33,205 bases of DNA from Novosphingobium sp. (GTDB lineage: Bacteria; Pseudomonadota; Alphaproteobacteria; Sphingomonadales; Sphingomonadaceae), in assembly GCA_041915005.1 (NCBI GenBank), contig JAYSCF010000001.1:1-33205 (forward strand), in the 5' to 3' direction. A program made the translations under genes and the position numbers. The notes under the pieces were generated by a model. The model did not search any database, had not been told where the DNA came from, and worked only from the letters and a program-made list of their open reading frames with translations. This document shows, piece by piece, positions 15,894 to 24,858 of this stretch. The number at the start of each line of letters is the position of its first letter. The first letter of the stretch is position 1.

Positions 15894-16702
15894 GCGGACG
15901 TCTTGAAGGCCGCGCGGCGATCGTGACCGGCGCAGGGCGCGGGATCGGTGCGGCCATCGTCAAGCGGCTGATGGCCGACGGCGCGCAGGTTGCCGCACTC
16001 GATCTCAACCTGGCCGATGCCCAGGCCAGCGGCGCAACGCTGGCGCTGGCCTGCAACGTTGCGGATTCGGCCTCGGTCGCCGCCGTGGTCAAGGCCGCGC
16101 GCGAGGCGTTCGGACGGCTCGACATCGCGGTCAACAATGCCGGGATCGGCCAGGCTGCCAATGACGGCTCCGAACAGTTCTATGGCGCAATGGCCCAGCG
16201 CAACGCCGAACTGGCCGAGCACGGCAGTTCCGAGGTGATCGTCGACCAGCTGATCCACATGGGCGACGATGGCTGGGCCGGTGTGATGGCGGTCAACCTC
16301 AATGGCACGTTCTACACCTGCCGCGAATTCGCCCGCGTGCTGGCGGTCGATGGCACTCCCGGCACGATCATCAACGTCAGTTCGACCAGCGCCCAGTCGG
16401 GCGAAGGCAGCCCCCACTATTGCGCCAGCAAGGCGGCGGTGATCGGGCTGACACGGCAGCTGGCCCGCGAGCTTGCCCCGCGCAAGATCCGAGTCAACGC
16501 GATTGCCCCGGGGCCGACCAACACCCCGGTGATGCAGGGCATTCCCGACGAATGGATCGCATCGATGGAAGCGGCGATCCCGCTGGGGCGGATGGCCGAT
16601 CCGGCCGAAATCGCCGCCGCGGTTGCGTTCCTGGCGAGCGACGATGCCAGCTATGTCAACGGATCGGTGCTGGTGGCGAACGGGGCGAGCTACTACTTCT
16701 GA
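15890..16702 (+). CDS. Short-chain dehydrogenase/reductase with an internal insertion
   Basis: VTGAGRGIG, LDLN, VNNAG, YCASK. ATG 15890 overlaps the kstD stop (ATGA). Confidence 0.92.
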   Translation: MSGRLEGRAAIVTGAGRGIGAAIVKRLMADGAQVAALDLNLADAQASGATLALACNVADSASVAAVVKAAREAFGRLDIAVNNAGIGQAANDGSEQFYGAMAQRNAELAEHGSSEVIVDQLIHMGDDGWAGVMAVNLNGTFYTCREFARVLAVDGTPGTIINVSSTSAQSGEGSPHYCASKAAVIGLTRQLARELAPRKIRVNAIAPGPTNTPVMQGIPDEWIASMEAAIPLGRMADPAEIAAAVAFLASDDASYVNGSVLVANGASYYF

Positions 16703-16726
16703 GCGCCCGCCCCGCGCCTGCCACGA

Positions 16727-17350
16727 TCAGTCGGCGCGCACCTTTACCTTGGGTGCCGACTGGCCCCGGCGCATCGTTTCAAGGAATTTTTCCAGCGGCG
16801 CGGGCTCAGCCACCGGAGCGCCGGTATCGCCCTCGCGCGCCCAGAATTCGGCGAAGCTGGGGAACAGCTTGTGGAAGTTGCCTTCCGCCCATTCGGTATC
16901 CGGCCAGCGCATCTTGTTGTCGCCGATCGGCGGCTTGTTGAGGTCGGTCGCATACCAGTAGAGCGGCAGGCGCCGGGCAAAGTGCCAGCGCCCATCCTGA
17001 CGAACATAGTCGTCCGCATACATCATCTGCATGATGACCCATTCATCGCCCGTCTCATGCTCGTTCTTCGAATAGACCACCCCATGGGCATGGTCGGCAT
17101 CGTCGAATTCGATCACGTGGCCACCGATATGGTGCGACGTGCCGGTGAAGGGCGAACGCAGCGTGAGGTCCATATAGGCCCGCAGCGCCTGCCGGCCCGA
17201 GGCATCCTTGCCCACCCGCACATCGGCGGGGAACAGCGAAACCATCGCCTCCATGTCGCGCATATCAAGCGCAAGCGCATATTTGGCAGGCAGCTGGCGG
17301 ATCGCATCAAGCGATTCCAGCCGGTCGATACGGGTTTCAAGGTCAGTCAT
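16727..17350 (-). CDS. NTF2/SnoaL-like protein (BaiE-like) with C-terminal extension
   Basis: LETRIDRLESLDAIRQLPAKYALALD...TSHHIGGH...YADDYVRQDGRWHFARR. ATGA-coupled to the upstream gene. Confidence 0.88.
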   Translation of the reverse strand: MTDLETRIDRLESLDAIRQLPAKYALALDMRDMEAMVSLFPADVRVGKDASGRQALRAYMDLTLRSPFTGTSHHIGGHVIEFDDADHAHGVVYSKNEHETGDEWVIMQMMYADDYVRQDGRWHFARRLPLYWYATDLNKPPIGDNKMRWPDTEWAEGNFHKLFPSFAEFWAREGDTGAPVAEPAPLEKFLETMRRGQSAPKVKVRAD

Positions 17351-19257
17351 GATTTAGGCTCGTACCAGATGGGAGAAGTATAGGCGCGTTCCTGCGAGAT
17401 CTGCGGGATCTCCGGACCAAGCTTGAGATGGTAGCGCGCAGCATCGTAGGCCACCCAGCGCGGGGTCGGGATCTCGATCACGCGCAGATAATAGAATGCG
17501 CGGCGCGTCGGATCGAATTCGGGATCGCGCCACACGGTAACCAGGTTCGCCGCGCCGATCGAATTGGCGTAATTGGGCACGGCCAAGTTGACCGTATTGC
17601 CTACGGACGGAAGCCTGCCATGCACGGGTTTACGGGTTTCAGGCGAACTCCAGGCAACGTCGAAGACCTTTTCGTGGGCCTGCCCCCTGGCATCGGTCCA
17701 GCCCTTGACCACCTGCACGCGGTCCAGGTTGGCGCCGATCGGATCCTTGATCGCAGAAACGATGAAGCTCGGCGCGCTCTTGGTCCCGGCGGGCAGAACC
17801 CCGCCCATCGGCACGCCGCGCCGATACCCCGCCGCAACCCAGTTGGCCTTGAGGTCGCTGGCCTCGAAATCCCAGCCGCCGAAGAAGCGCACCGTCATGC
17901 GCGGGCCGGTGGTGGCATAGACCTCGCGCCGCATCATCGCGTCGAAGATCGCCTCGCGGGTGTTGCCCCGCGCCCAGACCCCGGCATAACCGCCTGCCAG
18001 ATACTGCCAGTTGAACCGGCCCAGGTTGGTGCCCATGTCCATCGACGGGGTCACGCGGTCCTTGCCCTGGGGCGTCGGCTCGTTGCCGGTATGCTTGCCG
18101 AAGAAATTGTCCTCGTCGGCAGTGGAAAGACCCGTGTGGCTGTCGGTCGAGCCGATCAGACCGAAACGGTAAGGGTTCACCCCGGTGCGTCCCTCGATCA
18201 CCAGACCGCGTTTCAGCGCCTCGCGCACGTAGTTGCCGCCGAACATCGATGGCGTGGTAAGCTGCTTGGCGTTGAGATTGGCCTTGTCCCAGCCTTCGAC
18301 CCCGAACCCGGCGAATTCGTCGGAAGGCGAGAGGAACGGGTGGGCTTCGCTATCGCCCTTGATCTGGGTCACCTCGACCAGCGGCTCATGCGCGGCGCGG
18401 CGGCGGGCCTGGGCTGCGGTCATCGGCTCACCGCCCGGGCCGGTCAGTTCAAACATCAGGCCGTTGGAGACGTTGCTGTTGTGCGGGATGGCCAGAACGT
18501 GACCGTGCTGGCTCCGCTCATAGGCTTCCATGTAGCTCCACAGATCCTCGGGCTTGCTCCCCATTGCCGTGGTGAAGGGCTGGACCTTGCTGACCTTGTC
18601 CGGCCCATCGCGGAACATCACCACCCGGTGCAAATTGTTGCCATTGGGCATCAAGGTATATTCGAAACCGAAGAAGGCGCTGAACTTGCCCGGTTCGTTA
18701 TAGGATTCGACGGTCTTGATGTGCTTGGCCCAAAGCGAGGCGGTCTGCTCGGCCACCTTCTTCGGATCGGCCAGATTCTTGGCCTCAGGACTGCCGGCAA
18801 AATCGATCATTTCGCCCATCGCCCGCGACGATTGCTCCGGCCCGGCATTGAACATATCGTGCCAGCGCTTGAGCTTGTCATTGGGCAGCAGGAAACGCGG
18901 CGCATCGGCCAGCGCCTTGACGAAACCCAGCCCGTCGGAATGGTCCGCAATCACCAGAAAATCGAGCGGACGGGCGAGCTTGGCCTTGACCCCCATGGTC
19001 GAGGTTACCTCCTCTCCCCGGGCGAACCGCAACGCCTCTTCCGGGCCCAGGCGGTTGCCAAAGCCAAAGGCATCGGGCGAATTGGAGGTGTGCAGGTGGG
19101 TATCACCCCAGAACACCCGTTCGGGATAGGCCGTCAGCTTGACCGGCTGGTCGTGCTTGACGCCCAGCCCGGCAGGCAGCCGGTCGCAGCCCGCCAGCGC
19201 GGCGAGCATCAGCCCAGCGGTTGTCAGGGCCGCCTTGTACTTTCTTGGCATGGTCAT
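17347..19257 (-). CDS. DUF3604-type (PHP-like metallohydrolase) lipoprotein
   Basis: FWGDTHLHT, IADHSD, IPHNSN, GSTDSHTG, QERAYTSPIWY. Signal peptide with lipobox LAGC. The start may be 19257, 19251 or 19290. Confidence 0.85.
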   Translation of the reverse strand: MTMPRKYKAALTTAGLMLAALAGCDRLPAGLGVKHDQPVKLTAYPERVFWGDTHLHTSNSPDAFGFGNRLGPEEALRFARGEEVTSTMGVKAKLARPLDFLVIADHSDGLGFVKALADAPRFLLPNDKLKRWHDMFNAGPEQSSRAMGEMIDFAGSPEAKNLADPKKVAEQTASLWAKHIKTVESYNEPGKFSAFFGFEYTLMPNGNNLHRVVMFRDGPDKVSKVQPFTTAMGSKPEDLWSYMEAYERSQHGHVLAIPHNSNVSNGLMFELTGPGGEPMTAAQARRRAAHEPLVEVTQIKGDSEAHPFLSPSDEFAGFGVEGWDKANLNAKQLTTPSMFGGNYVREALKRGLVIEGRTGVNPYRFGLIGSTDSHTGLSTADEDNFFGKHTGNEPTPQGKDRVTPSMDMGTNLGRFNWQYLAGGYAGVWARGNTREAIFDAMMRREVYATTGPRMTVRFFGGWDFEASDLKANWVAAGYRRGVPMGGVLPAGTKSAPSFIVSAIKDPIGANLDRVQVVKGWTDARGQAHEKVFDVAWSSPETRKPVHGRLPSVGNTVNLAVPNYANSIGAANLVTVWRDPEFDPTRRAFYYLRVIEIPTPRWVAYDAARYHLKLGPEIPQISQERAYTSPIWYEPKS

Positions 19258-19289
19258 TCGCGCCCCTTGCCCCTGTTCACGCCGCGCCA

Positions 19290-20639
19290 TCACGGATCGA
19301 CCCGTTCGATCGCGGGCAGCTCATAGCGGCCTTCCAGCGCCGCCGCTCGGGGCAGATACATCCGGATGACGACATGGAAGGATCCCGGCGGCACCGGCAG
19401 CCAGTTCGCCGCGCCCTGCGGCGGCTTGGCACCCGCAAGATAGACGCTCAACGAACCGTCCTTGTCATATTTCAGCCCGCGCGTGCGATCGCCTATATTG
19501 TAGCGATGCAGCGGATTTTCGACGAGCTGCGAGGTCGTCCGGTCATAGGCCGTGATCGACCAGAAGGCATCGACCGGCGGCAGCGCCCCCTTGGCAAAGC
19601 GGATGCGATAGCTGCGCCCGCCATTCAGCGGCTCGCCCCGATTGTCGCTGATCGCCGCTGGATAGATCGATTCCTCGGGCGCGTTGACATAGCCGCCGCG
19701 CGCCACTTCGGCACGCAGCAGAAAATCGTTGCCGGGATTGGCCATGGCGCCGGACCACATCCAGCCGTTCTGGATGCGCGCCGGTCGGAAGCCACGCTTG
19801 GCCAGCACCTGCGGGCCGATCCGCAGGGCGCAGCCCAGGCCGAGCGACTGCGCCGGGCTAAGCGCGGCCACATCAAAGCGGCGCGCCGGACCGAACCCGG
19901 CAGTATCGAAACTGGCCATCAGCGCCTCCTCGCCCGGCTTGGCTGGAACGCTGCGCAGTGCCTGATTGAACAGTTCAAAATAGCTCAGGCTGTCAAACGG
20001 CTGCATCGCCGGCGCTGCCGTCACAGCCGCGCCCACCGCCCCGCGCATCACGATCGAATGGGCCACGCGCTGCGCCGCCGCGGCATCGTCCGGACCGCTG
20101 ACCAGCACCCGCCCAAGCATCCAGACCGTATCGGTCGGCAGGTGCAGCGGAGTATAGCCCGCCGGCACTTCGCCCCCCGTCGGGCCGACCAGGGCATAAC
20201 GCGAGGCCTTGCCGCCATTGGTGCGAGTGCCCAGGTGATAGGGCCGGGCATAGAGGTCCATGAAGGCCAGGGTGTAATAGCGCGAATCCAATTCGGGCAC
20301 ATCGATCAGCACAGGGCCATGCGACAGGTCGATCCATGAATTGAGGTAGAGCGTATCGGCATTGGCCGCCCGCAACTGCCCCTGGGTCGCGGGGGTCAGG
20401 ACATGGGGATAAACCGCGATGGTGTTGACCGGGGCGGCAACCGGCTGGGTCGGGCTGACCTGATGTGTCTCGTTATATTGCTGCTTGAGCAGATCGACCA
20501 TCGGGTAGCCATAGATGTAGCCGATCAGGCCGTTGGCCTGGGCCAGCGCCGCTTCTGGATCGAGCGCGGCAGCCTGGCATTGCGCAGCATTCGGCAAGGT
20601 CGCCGCGGCCGCGGCAGCCGCCAATGCAATCGTTAACAT
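19290..20639 (-). CDS. DUF1254/DUF1214-type secreted protein
   Basis: Ala-rich signal peptide, YIYGYPMV, NADTLY, LPPVDAFWSITAY, NWLPVPPG...RMYLP; RBS GGAGGGG before ATG 20639. Confidence 0.87.
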   Translation of the reverse strand: MLTIALAAAAAAATLPNAAQCQAAALDPEAALAQANGLIGYIYGYPMVDLLKQQYNETHQVSPTQPVAAPVNTIAVYPHVLTPATQGQLRAANADTLYLNSWIDLSHGPVLIDVPELDSRYYTLAFMDLYARPYHLGTRTNGGKASRYALVGPTGGEVPAGYTPLHLPTDTVWMLGRVLVSGPDDAAAAQRVAHSIVMRGAVGAAVTAAPAMQPFDSLSYFELFNQALRSVPAKPGEEALMASFDTAGFGPARRFDVAALSPAQSLGLGCALRIGPQVLAKRGFRPARIQNGWMWSGAMANPGNDFLLRAEVARGGYVNAPEESIYPAAISDNRGEPLNGGRSYRIRFAKGALPPVDAFWSITAYDRTTSQLVENPLHRYNIGDRTRGLKYDKDGSLSVYLAGAKPPQGAANWLPVPPGSFHVVIRMYLPRAAALEGRYELPAIERVDP

Positions 20640-20651
20640 ATCCCCTCCATT

Positions 20652-20681
20652 AGCGTATAATTTTCTACCTGACGTTACGAT
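20652..20681. promoter_or_regulatory. 30-bp operator-like motif, copy 5
   Basis: AGCGTAT-aattttctacctgacg-TTACGAT (N16), just upstream of the DUF1254 RBS. Confidence 0.6.
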
Positions 20682-20723
20682 ATTCCATTTTGGATTGCAT
20701 CGCAATCTTCATTCGCGTAGATA
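20677..20723. promoter_or_regulatory. Putative overlapping divergent sigma70 promoters
   Basis: Minus strand: TTGCGA(20705-20700)-N17-TATCGT(20682-20677). Plus strand: TTGCAT(20695-20700)-N17-TAGATA(20718-20723). Both -35 boxes sit inside the palindrome GATTGC-atc-GCAATC. Confidence 0.5.
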
Positions 20724-20744
20724 ATATGGCATATTTGTTACGCA
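20714..20744. promoter_or_regulatory. Operator-like motif, copy 6 (17-bp spacer variant)
   Basis: CGCGTAG-ataatatggcatatttg-TTACGCA upstream of the TonB-dependent receptor. Confidence 0.55.
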
Positions 20745-20785
20745 CATCAGCGCCAAACGCGCCTCACAGCCCTTAGGGAGGGAAC

Positions 20786-23104
20786 ATGAACCGACTTCTC
20801 GCTACGACTTCGCTTGCCGTCATCGCGGCCCTGGCATCGTCCCCCGTTCTGGCGCAGGACAGTGCACAGAACACCGATGACGGCATCGGCGCAATCGTCG
20901 TCACGGCACAGAAGCGCAGCGAAAACGTGCAGGACGTGCCGATCGCGATTTCGGCTGTTGGCAGCCATTACCTCGAAAGCCGCGGGGTCGATTCGATCGA
21001 CAAGCTGGGCACCATCGCCCCCAACGTGAAAATCGAACGCGCGCCAGGCTCGAAAACGATCTCGCAGATCGCGATCCGCGGCTCGGTGACGATCAACCCG
21101 GCGATCACCTGGGAACCGGCGGTCGGGCTCTATCTCGACGGGGTCTACATCGCCAAGGCGCAAGGCTCGATCTTCGATGTGGCCGACCTGGAGCGCGTGG
21201 AAGTGCTGCGCGGCCCGCAGGGCACGCTCTATGGCCGCAATGCCCTGGCCGGGGCGGTCAACCTCGTTACCAGGAAGCCCAGCGGCGAAGCGGGTGGCAG
21301 CGCCGAGGTTACCTATGGCAGCTTCAACGAATGGAAGTTCAAGGGCGTGCTTGACCTGCCGCAGATGGGGATCTTCTCGGCCAAGATTTCGGGCCAGTAT
21401 CGCCGCCGCGATGGTCTGATCGACCTGGTTCCCAACCAGCCTTCGGGCCGGGGGCGCACGGATTCGATCAATTCGGGCAGCTTCATGGTGCAACTGCGCG
21501 CAGAACTGTCGGATGCGATCACTGCCGACTACATCTATGACTATTCCAAGTCCGATCAGACCCCGCCGTTCTCGCAGCTGCTGCGGGTCAACCGCAACCA
21601 CGATCCGCGCGACATCTTCGATCCGGCATCGGTTGGCTATGCTTATGGCGGGGCCTATTTCCCGCTTGATCGCTACACCAGCGCAACCCGGGTCAGCACG
21701 GCATCAATCGATGCCCCAGCCTATGAAAAGTCACGCAGCTATGGCCACGCCTTGACGCTGACCGCCAACCTGGGAGCCGCCACGCTCAAGTCGATCACCG
21801 CGTATCGCGACCTGGCTTGGGCAGACGGCCTTGACCTCGACGGCTCGCCGCTGCCGGTAGCCTATACCCAGCGCATCACCAGCTACCATGCGTTCAGCCA
21901 GGAACTGCAGCTCACCGGCGCTGCGCTGGCCGACAAGCTGAACTATGTGCTCGGCGCGTTCTATTTTAGCGAAAAGGCCGAAACGCTGAACCCGCAGACC
22001 TACTTTGGCGGCGGCACCGACCTGCAATCGAACTATGGTTCGCACACCAAGGCCTTCGCGCTTTATGCCCAGCTCGACTACCAGCTGAGCGATCCGCTCA
22101 AGCTGACCCTGGGCGCGCGCTATACGCACGAAGCCAAGGACATCAGCCGTTATTTCCGCGTGAACTACGATGCTGCCAATGGCATCACTTCGCCGCTGGT
22201 GATCGCCAACATCCCCTACGGCGCAATCCCCGATGCGAAGTACAACAACTTCTCGCCTGCAGCGACGCTGTCCTATGCGGTATCGGATAACGTCAACGCC
22301 TATGCTCGCTTCGCGCGCGGCTTCAAGTCGGGCGGGTTCAACGGGGAAACCAACGTGTTCGTCGCCCCGACCGCCAGCTGCCCGACTGGCGCGACCGAAC
22401 TGTGCAGTCCCTACCGGCCCGAAAAGGTCGACAGCTATGAAGTGGGCCTTAAGACCCAGCTGCTCGACAAGCGGGTGATGTTCAACGTTGCCGCCTTCCG
22501 CGATGAGCACAAGGATATGCAGCTGTCGGTCTTCACCGCCAGCGCAGGGGCCGCATCAATCATCCGCAATGCCGCCGCCGCTCGCATCCAGGGCCTGGAG
22601 TTCGAGACCGTCGTGCGCCCGGTCGATGCCCTGACGATCAACGGATCGCTCGCCATCCTCGACGTGAAGTACAAGAGCTTCATCGACGGCGGAGTGGATG
22701 TATCGGCCAACCGCGCCTTCCCCCATGCCCCCAAGACCACGGCCGCGCTGGGCGTAGACTGGAAGGTAGTCGAAGGGGACTGGGGCAAGCTCAACCTCTA
22801 TGGCGATCTCAACTACGCCTCGAAGTACTACACCTTCCCCTATGCGCTGGTCACGCCGACCTCGTCGGACCAGAATGCCCATTCCAGCGAATCCAAGGGC
22901 CGTACGATCATCAACCTGCGAGCCACCGTCAGCGATATCACGATCGGCGGGGCGCGTGCGGATCTCTCGCTGTTCGTGCGTAACCTGACCAAGGAAGCCA
23001 ACCCGTCGAACTTCATCGACTTTGGGCCGGGCTTCGGCGGGATCCTGCTGGGCTACTTCCCCGATCCGCGCACCTATGGGGTGAGCGTTGGGGTGAAGTT
23101 CTAA
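20786..23104 (+). CDS. TonB-dependent outer-membrane receptor (steroid/bile-salt uptake candidate)
   Basis: Signal peptide, IVVTAQKRSENVQDVPIAIS, ERVEVLRGPQGTLYGRNALAGAVN, terminal PRTYGVSVGVKF. Confidence 0.96.
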   Translation: MNRLLATTSLAVIAALASSPVLAQDSAQNTDDGIGAIVVTAQKRSENVQDVPIAISAVGSHYLESRGVDSIDKLGTIAPNVKIERAPGSKTISQIAIRGSVTINPAITWEPAVGLYLDGVYIAKAQGSIFDVADLERVEVLRGPQGTLYGRNALAGAVNLVTRKPSGEAGGSAEVTYGSFNEWKFKGVLDLPQMGIFSAKISGQYRRRDGLIDLVPNQPSGRGRTDSINSGSFMVQLRAELSDAITADYIYDYSKSDQTPPFSQLLRVNRNHDPRDIFDPASVGYAYGGAYFPLDRYTSATRVSTASIDAPAYEKSRSYGHALTLTANLGAATLKSITAYRDLAWADGLDLDGSPLPVAYTQRITSYHAFSQELQLTGAALADKLNYVLGAFYFSEKAETLNPQTYFGGGTDLQSNYGSHTKAFALYAQLDYQLSDPLKLTLGARYTHEAKDISRYFRVNYDAANGITSPLVIANIPYGAIPDAKYNNFSPAATLSYAVSDNVNAYARFARGFKSGGFNGETNVFVAPTASCPTGATELCSPYRPEKVDSYEVGLKTQLLDKRVMFNVAAFRDEHKDMQLSVFTASAGAASIIRNAAAARIQGLEFETVVRPVDALTINGSLAILDVKYKSFIDGGVDVSANRAFPHAPKTTAALGVDWKVVEGDWGKLNLYGDLNYASKYYTFPYALVTPTSSDQNAHSSESKGRTIINLRATVSDITIGGARADLSLFVRNLTKEANPSNFIDFGPGFGGILLGYFPDPRTYGVSVGVKF

Positions 23105-23162
23105 CGGAATGGTGTGGGCGGACACGGCACCAGCCGGGTCCGCCCCAGCCGCGGAGCAACAT

Positions 23163-23660
23163 ATGGCCTCGCTTGAGCAGCGCCTTGAACGGCTGGAAGA
23201 CGATCGCGCGATCCGGGATCTCAAGGCCCGCTATCTGCGCGCCTGTGACACCAAGGATCCAGATGGGGTCCGCGATGCGCTGCTCCCTGACGGCGCGGTA
23301 ATCGCCTATGATGGCTTCCCCCCTTTCGAGGGCCGCGATGCCTTCGTGGCGATCTATGCCCAGATGGGCTGTGCGCCTGGTATTTTTGACATCCACCACG
23401 GCGCCAATGGCGTGATCACCTTTGACAGCGCGACGCAAGCACGGGGGCAATGGTCGCTGTTGTTTCACAACATCAATCTTGCCAGCCGGACGCTAACGCA
23501 AATGGGCGTCGAATATGATGACCTCTACGTGAAGCGCGATGGCCGCTGGTGGATCGCCGAAACGCGTTCACGCCGGCTAAGCTGCCTGATCCATTCGGTC
23601 GACGCTGATGGGCGGCCTGCGATAACAAGCATGGGCGATGCGCCCGACAGTTTTGGTTGA
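23163..23660 (+). CDS. NTF2/SnoaL-like protein, closest in pattern to BaiE bile-acid 7alpha-dehydratase
   Basis: LEQRLERLEDDRAIRDLKARYLRACD...DIHHG...ARGQW...YDDLYVKRDGRWWIAET. GGAG precedes ATG 23163. Confidence 0.87.
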   Translation: MASLEQRLERLEDDRAIRDLKARYLRACDTKDPDGVRDALLPDGAVIAYDGFPPFEGRDAFVAIYAQMGCAPGIFDIHHGANGVITFDSATQARGQWSLLFHNINLASRTLTQMGVEYDDLYVKRDGRWWIAETRSRRLSCLIHSVDADGRPAITSMGDAPDSFG

Positions 23661-23672
23661 GAGGAAAAAAGC

Positions 23673-24413
23673 GTGCGGTTTTCCGGCAAGAAGATTCTGG
23701 TCACAGGCGCAGCTTCGGGGATCGGGCGGGCCACGGCCCAGTTGTTCGCACGCGAAGGGGCCCAGCTTACCATCGGCGACATCAACGCCGCAGGCCTGGA
23801 AGAGACCGCAGCACTGATCGGCGGGAGCGTGCATATCGTGCCCTACAACGCCGAAGACTATACGTCGTGCCGCGCCTTGGTAGCGGCGGCCGCCAAGGAC
23901 GGGCTTGATGTTCTGTGCAACGTTGCCGGTATGCTCAAGTGGGGGCCGACTGCCGATTTTCCCGAAGACGATTTCGAGCGCCTGCTGCGGATCAACACTA
24001 CCAGCGTCTATGCGCTGTGCCGCGCCGCGCTACCCCATCTGGTCGAAAGCCGGGGCAACATCGTCTGCGTGGCATCCACTGCTGGGCTTTCCGGAATCCC
24101 CTATTCGGTCGGTTATTCGGCCTCGAAGCACGCCGTGGTCGGCATGATCAAGTCCTTGGCGCTGGAATATGCCGCAGCAGGCGTGCGGGTGAACGGGGTC
24201 AGCCCCGGGCAAGTCGCCACGCCGATGACCAAGGCCCCGCCTCCCGCCGGCGATATCGACTGGCAGTTGGTGATGCGCAATGTCCCCAAGCTGGCCGATG
24301 GCATCTGTGATCCCGAAGACATTGCCGAGGCCTTGGCCTTCCTCGCCTCGGATGCCTCGCGCAAGACTACTGGTGCGTTGCTGGTCGTGGATGGAGGCCA
24401 GCTGGCAGGCTGA
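23673..24413 (+). CDS. Short-chain dehydrogenase/reductase
   Basis: VTGAASGIG, GDIN, CNVAG, YSASK. GTG start after GAGAGG. Confidence 0.93.
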   Translation: MRFSGKKILVTGAASGIGRATAQLFAREGAQLTIGDINAAGLEETAALIGGSVHIVPYNAEDYTSCRALVAAAAKDGLDVLCNVAGMLKWGPTADFPEDDFERLLRINTTSVYALCRAALPHLVESRGNIVCVASTAGLSGIPYSVGYSASKHAVVGMIKSLALEYAAAGVRVNGVSPGQVATPMTKAPPPAGDIDWQLVMRNVPKLADGICDPEDIAEALAFLASDASRKTTGALLVVDGGQLAG

Positions 24414-24858
24414 GCACCCCGCGCGCGCCCGCGCTGCCATCGAGCAGCGCATTGTCGCGCCTGGTCACGCGCCAGCCATCGGCGCCGCGTTCCAGCTCCC
24501 AGCGATTGGCCGAAACCCGCACGGCGATCCATGTGCCTTCGGCCTGCCGAAACACCACGCTGTGGCAGCATGCCACGGCGCGGCTGCCGTCAAGATCGAC
24601 CGCCGGGGATGACAATACGTGGGCACAGCCATCAGCCATCAGTGCCTGATGGCCCGTCCCCGTGATCAGTGCGGCGATGGCCGCGTGGCCGCGTGCCTCG
24701 CCCATTCCGCCCACGGCATAAATGCCGTCCGGGGCAAACAGAGCCGCCACGCCCTGCGCGTCGCCGCTGTCGGCCAAAGGACCATAGCGCGCAATCAGGT
24801 CGCGGATCGCCTCGCGGTCTTCAAGGGCCGCCAGCCGCGCTGCCAGTGCTTCAGCCAC
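24367..24858 (-). CDS. NTF2/SnoaL-like protein
   Basis: LAARLAALEDREAIRDLIARYGPLADSGD...CAHVLS...NRWELERGADGWRVTRR. The GTG overlaps the upstream stop. Confidence 0.85.
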   Translation of the reverse strand: MAEALAARLAALEDREAIRDLIARYGPLADSGDAQGVAALFAPDGIYAVGGMGEARGHAAIAALITGTGHQALMADGCAHVLSSPAVDLDGSRAVACCHSVVFRQAEGTWIAVRVSANRWELERGADGWRVTRRDNALLDGSAGARGVLSLPAGLHPRPATHQ

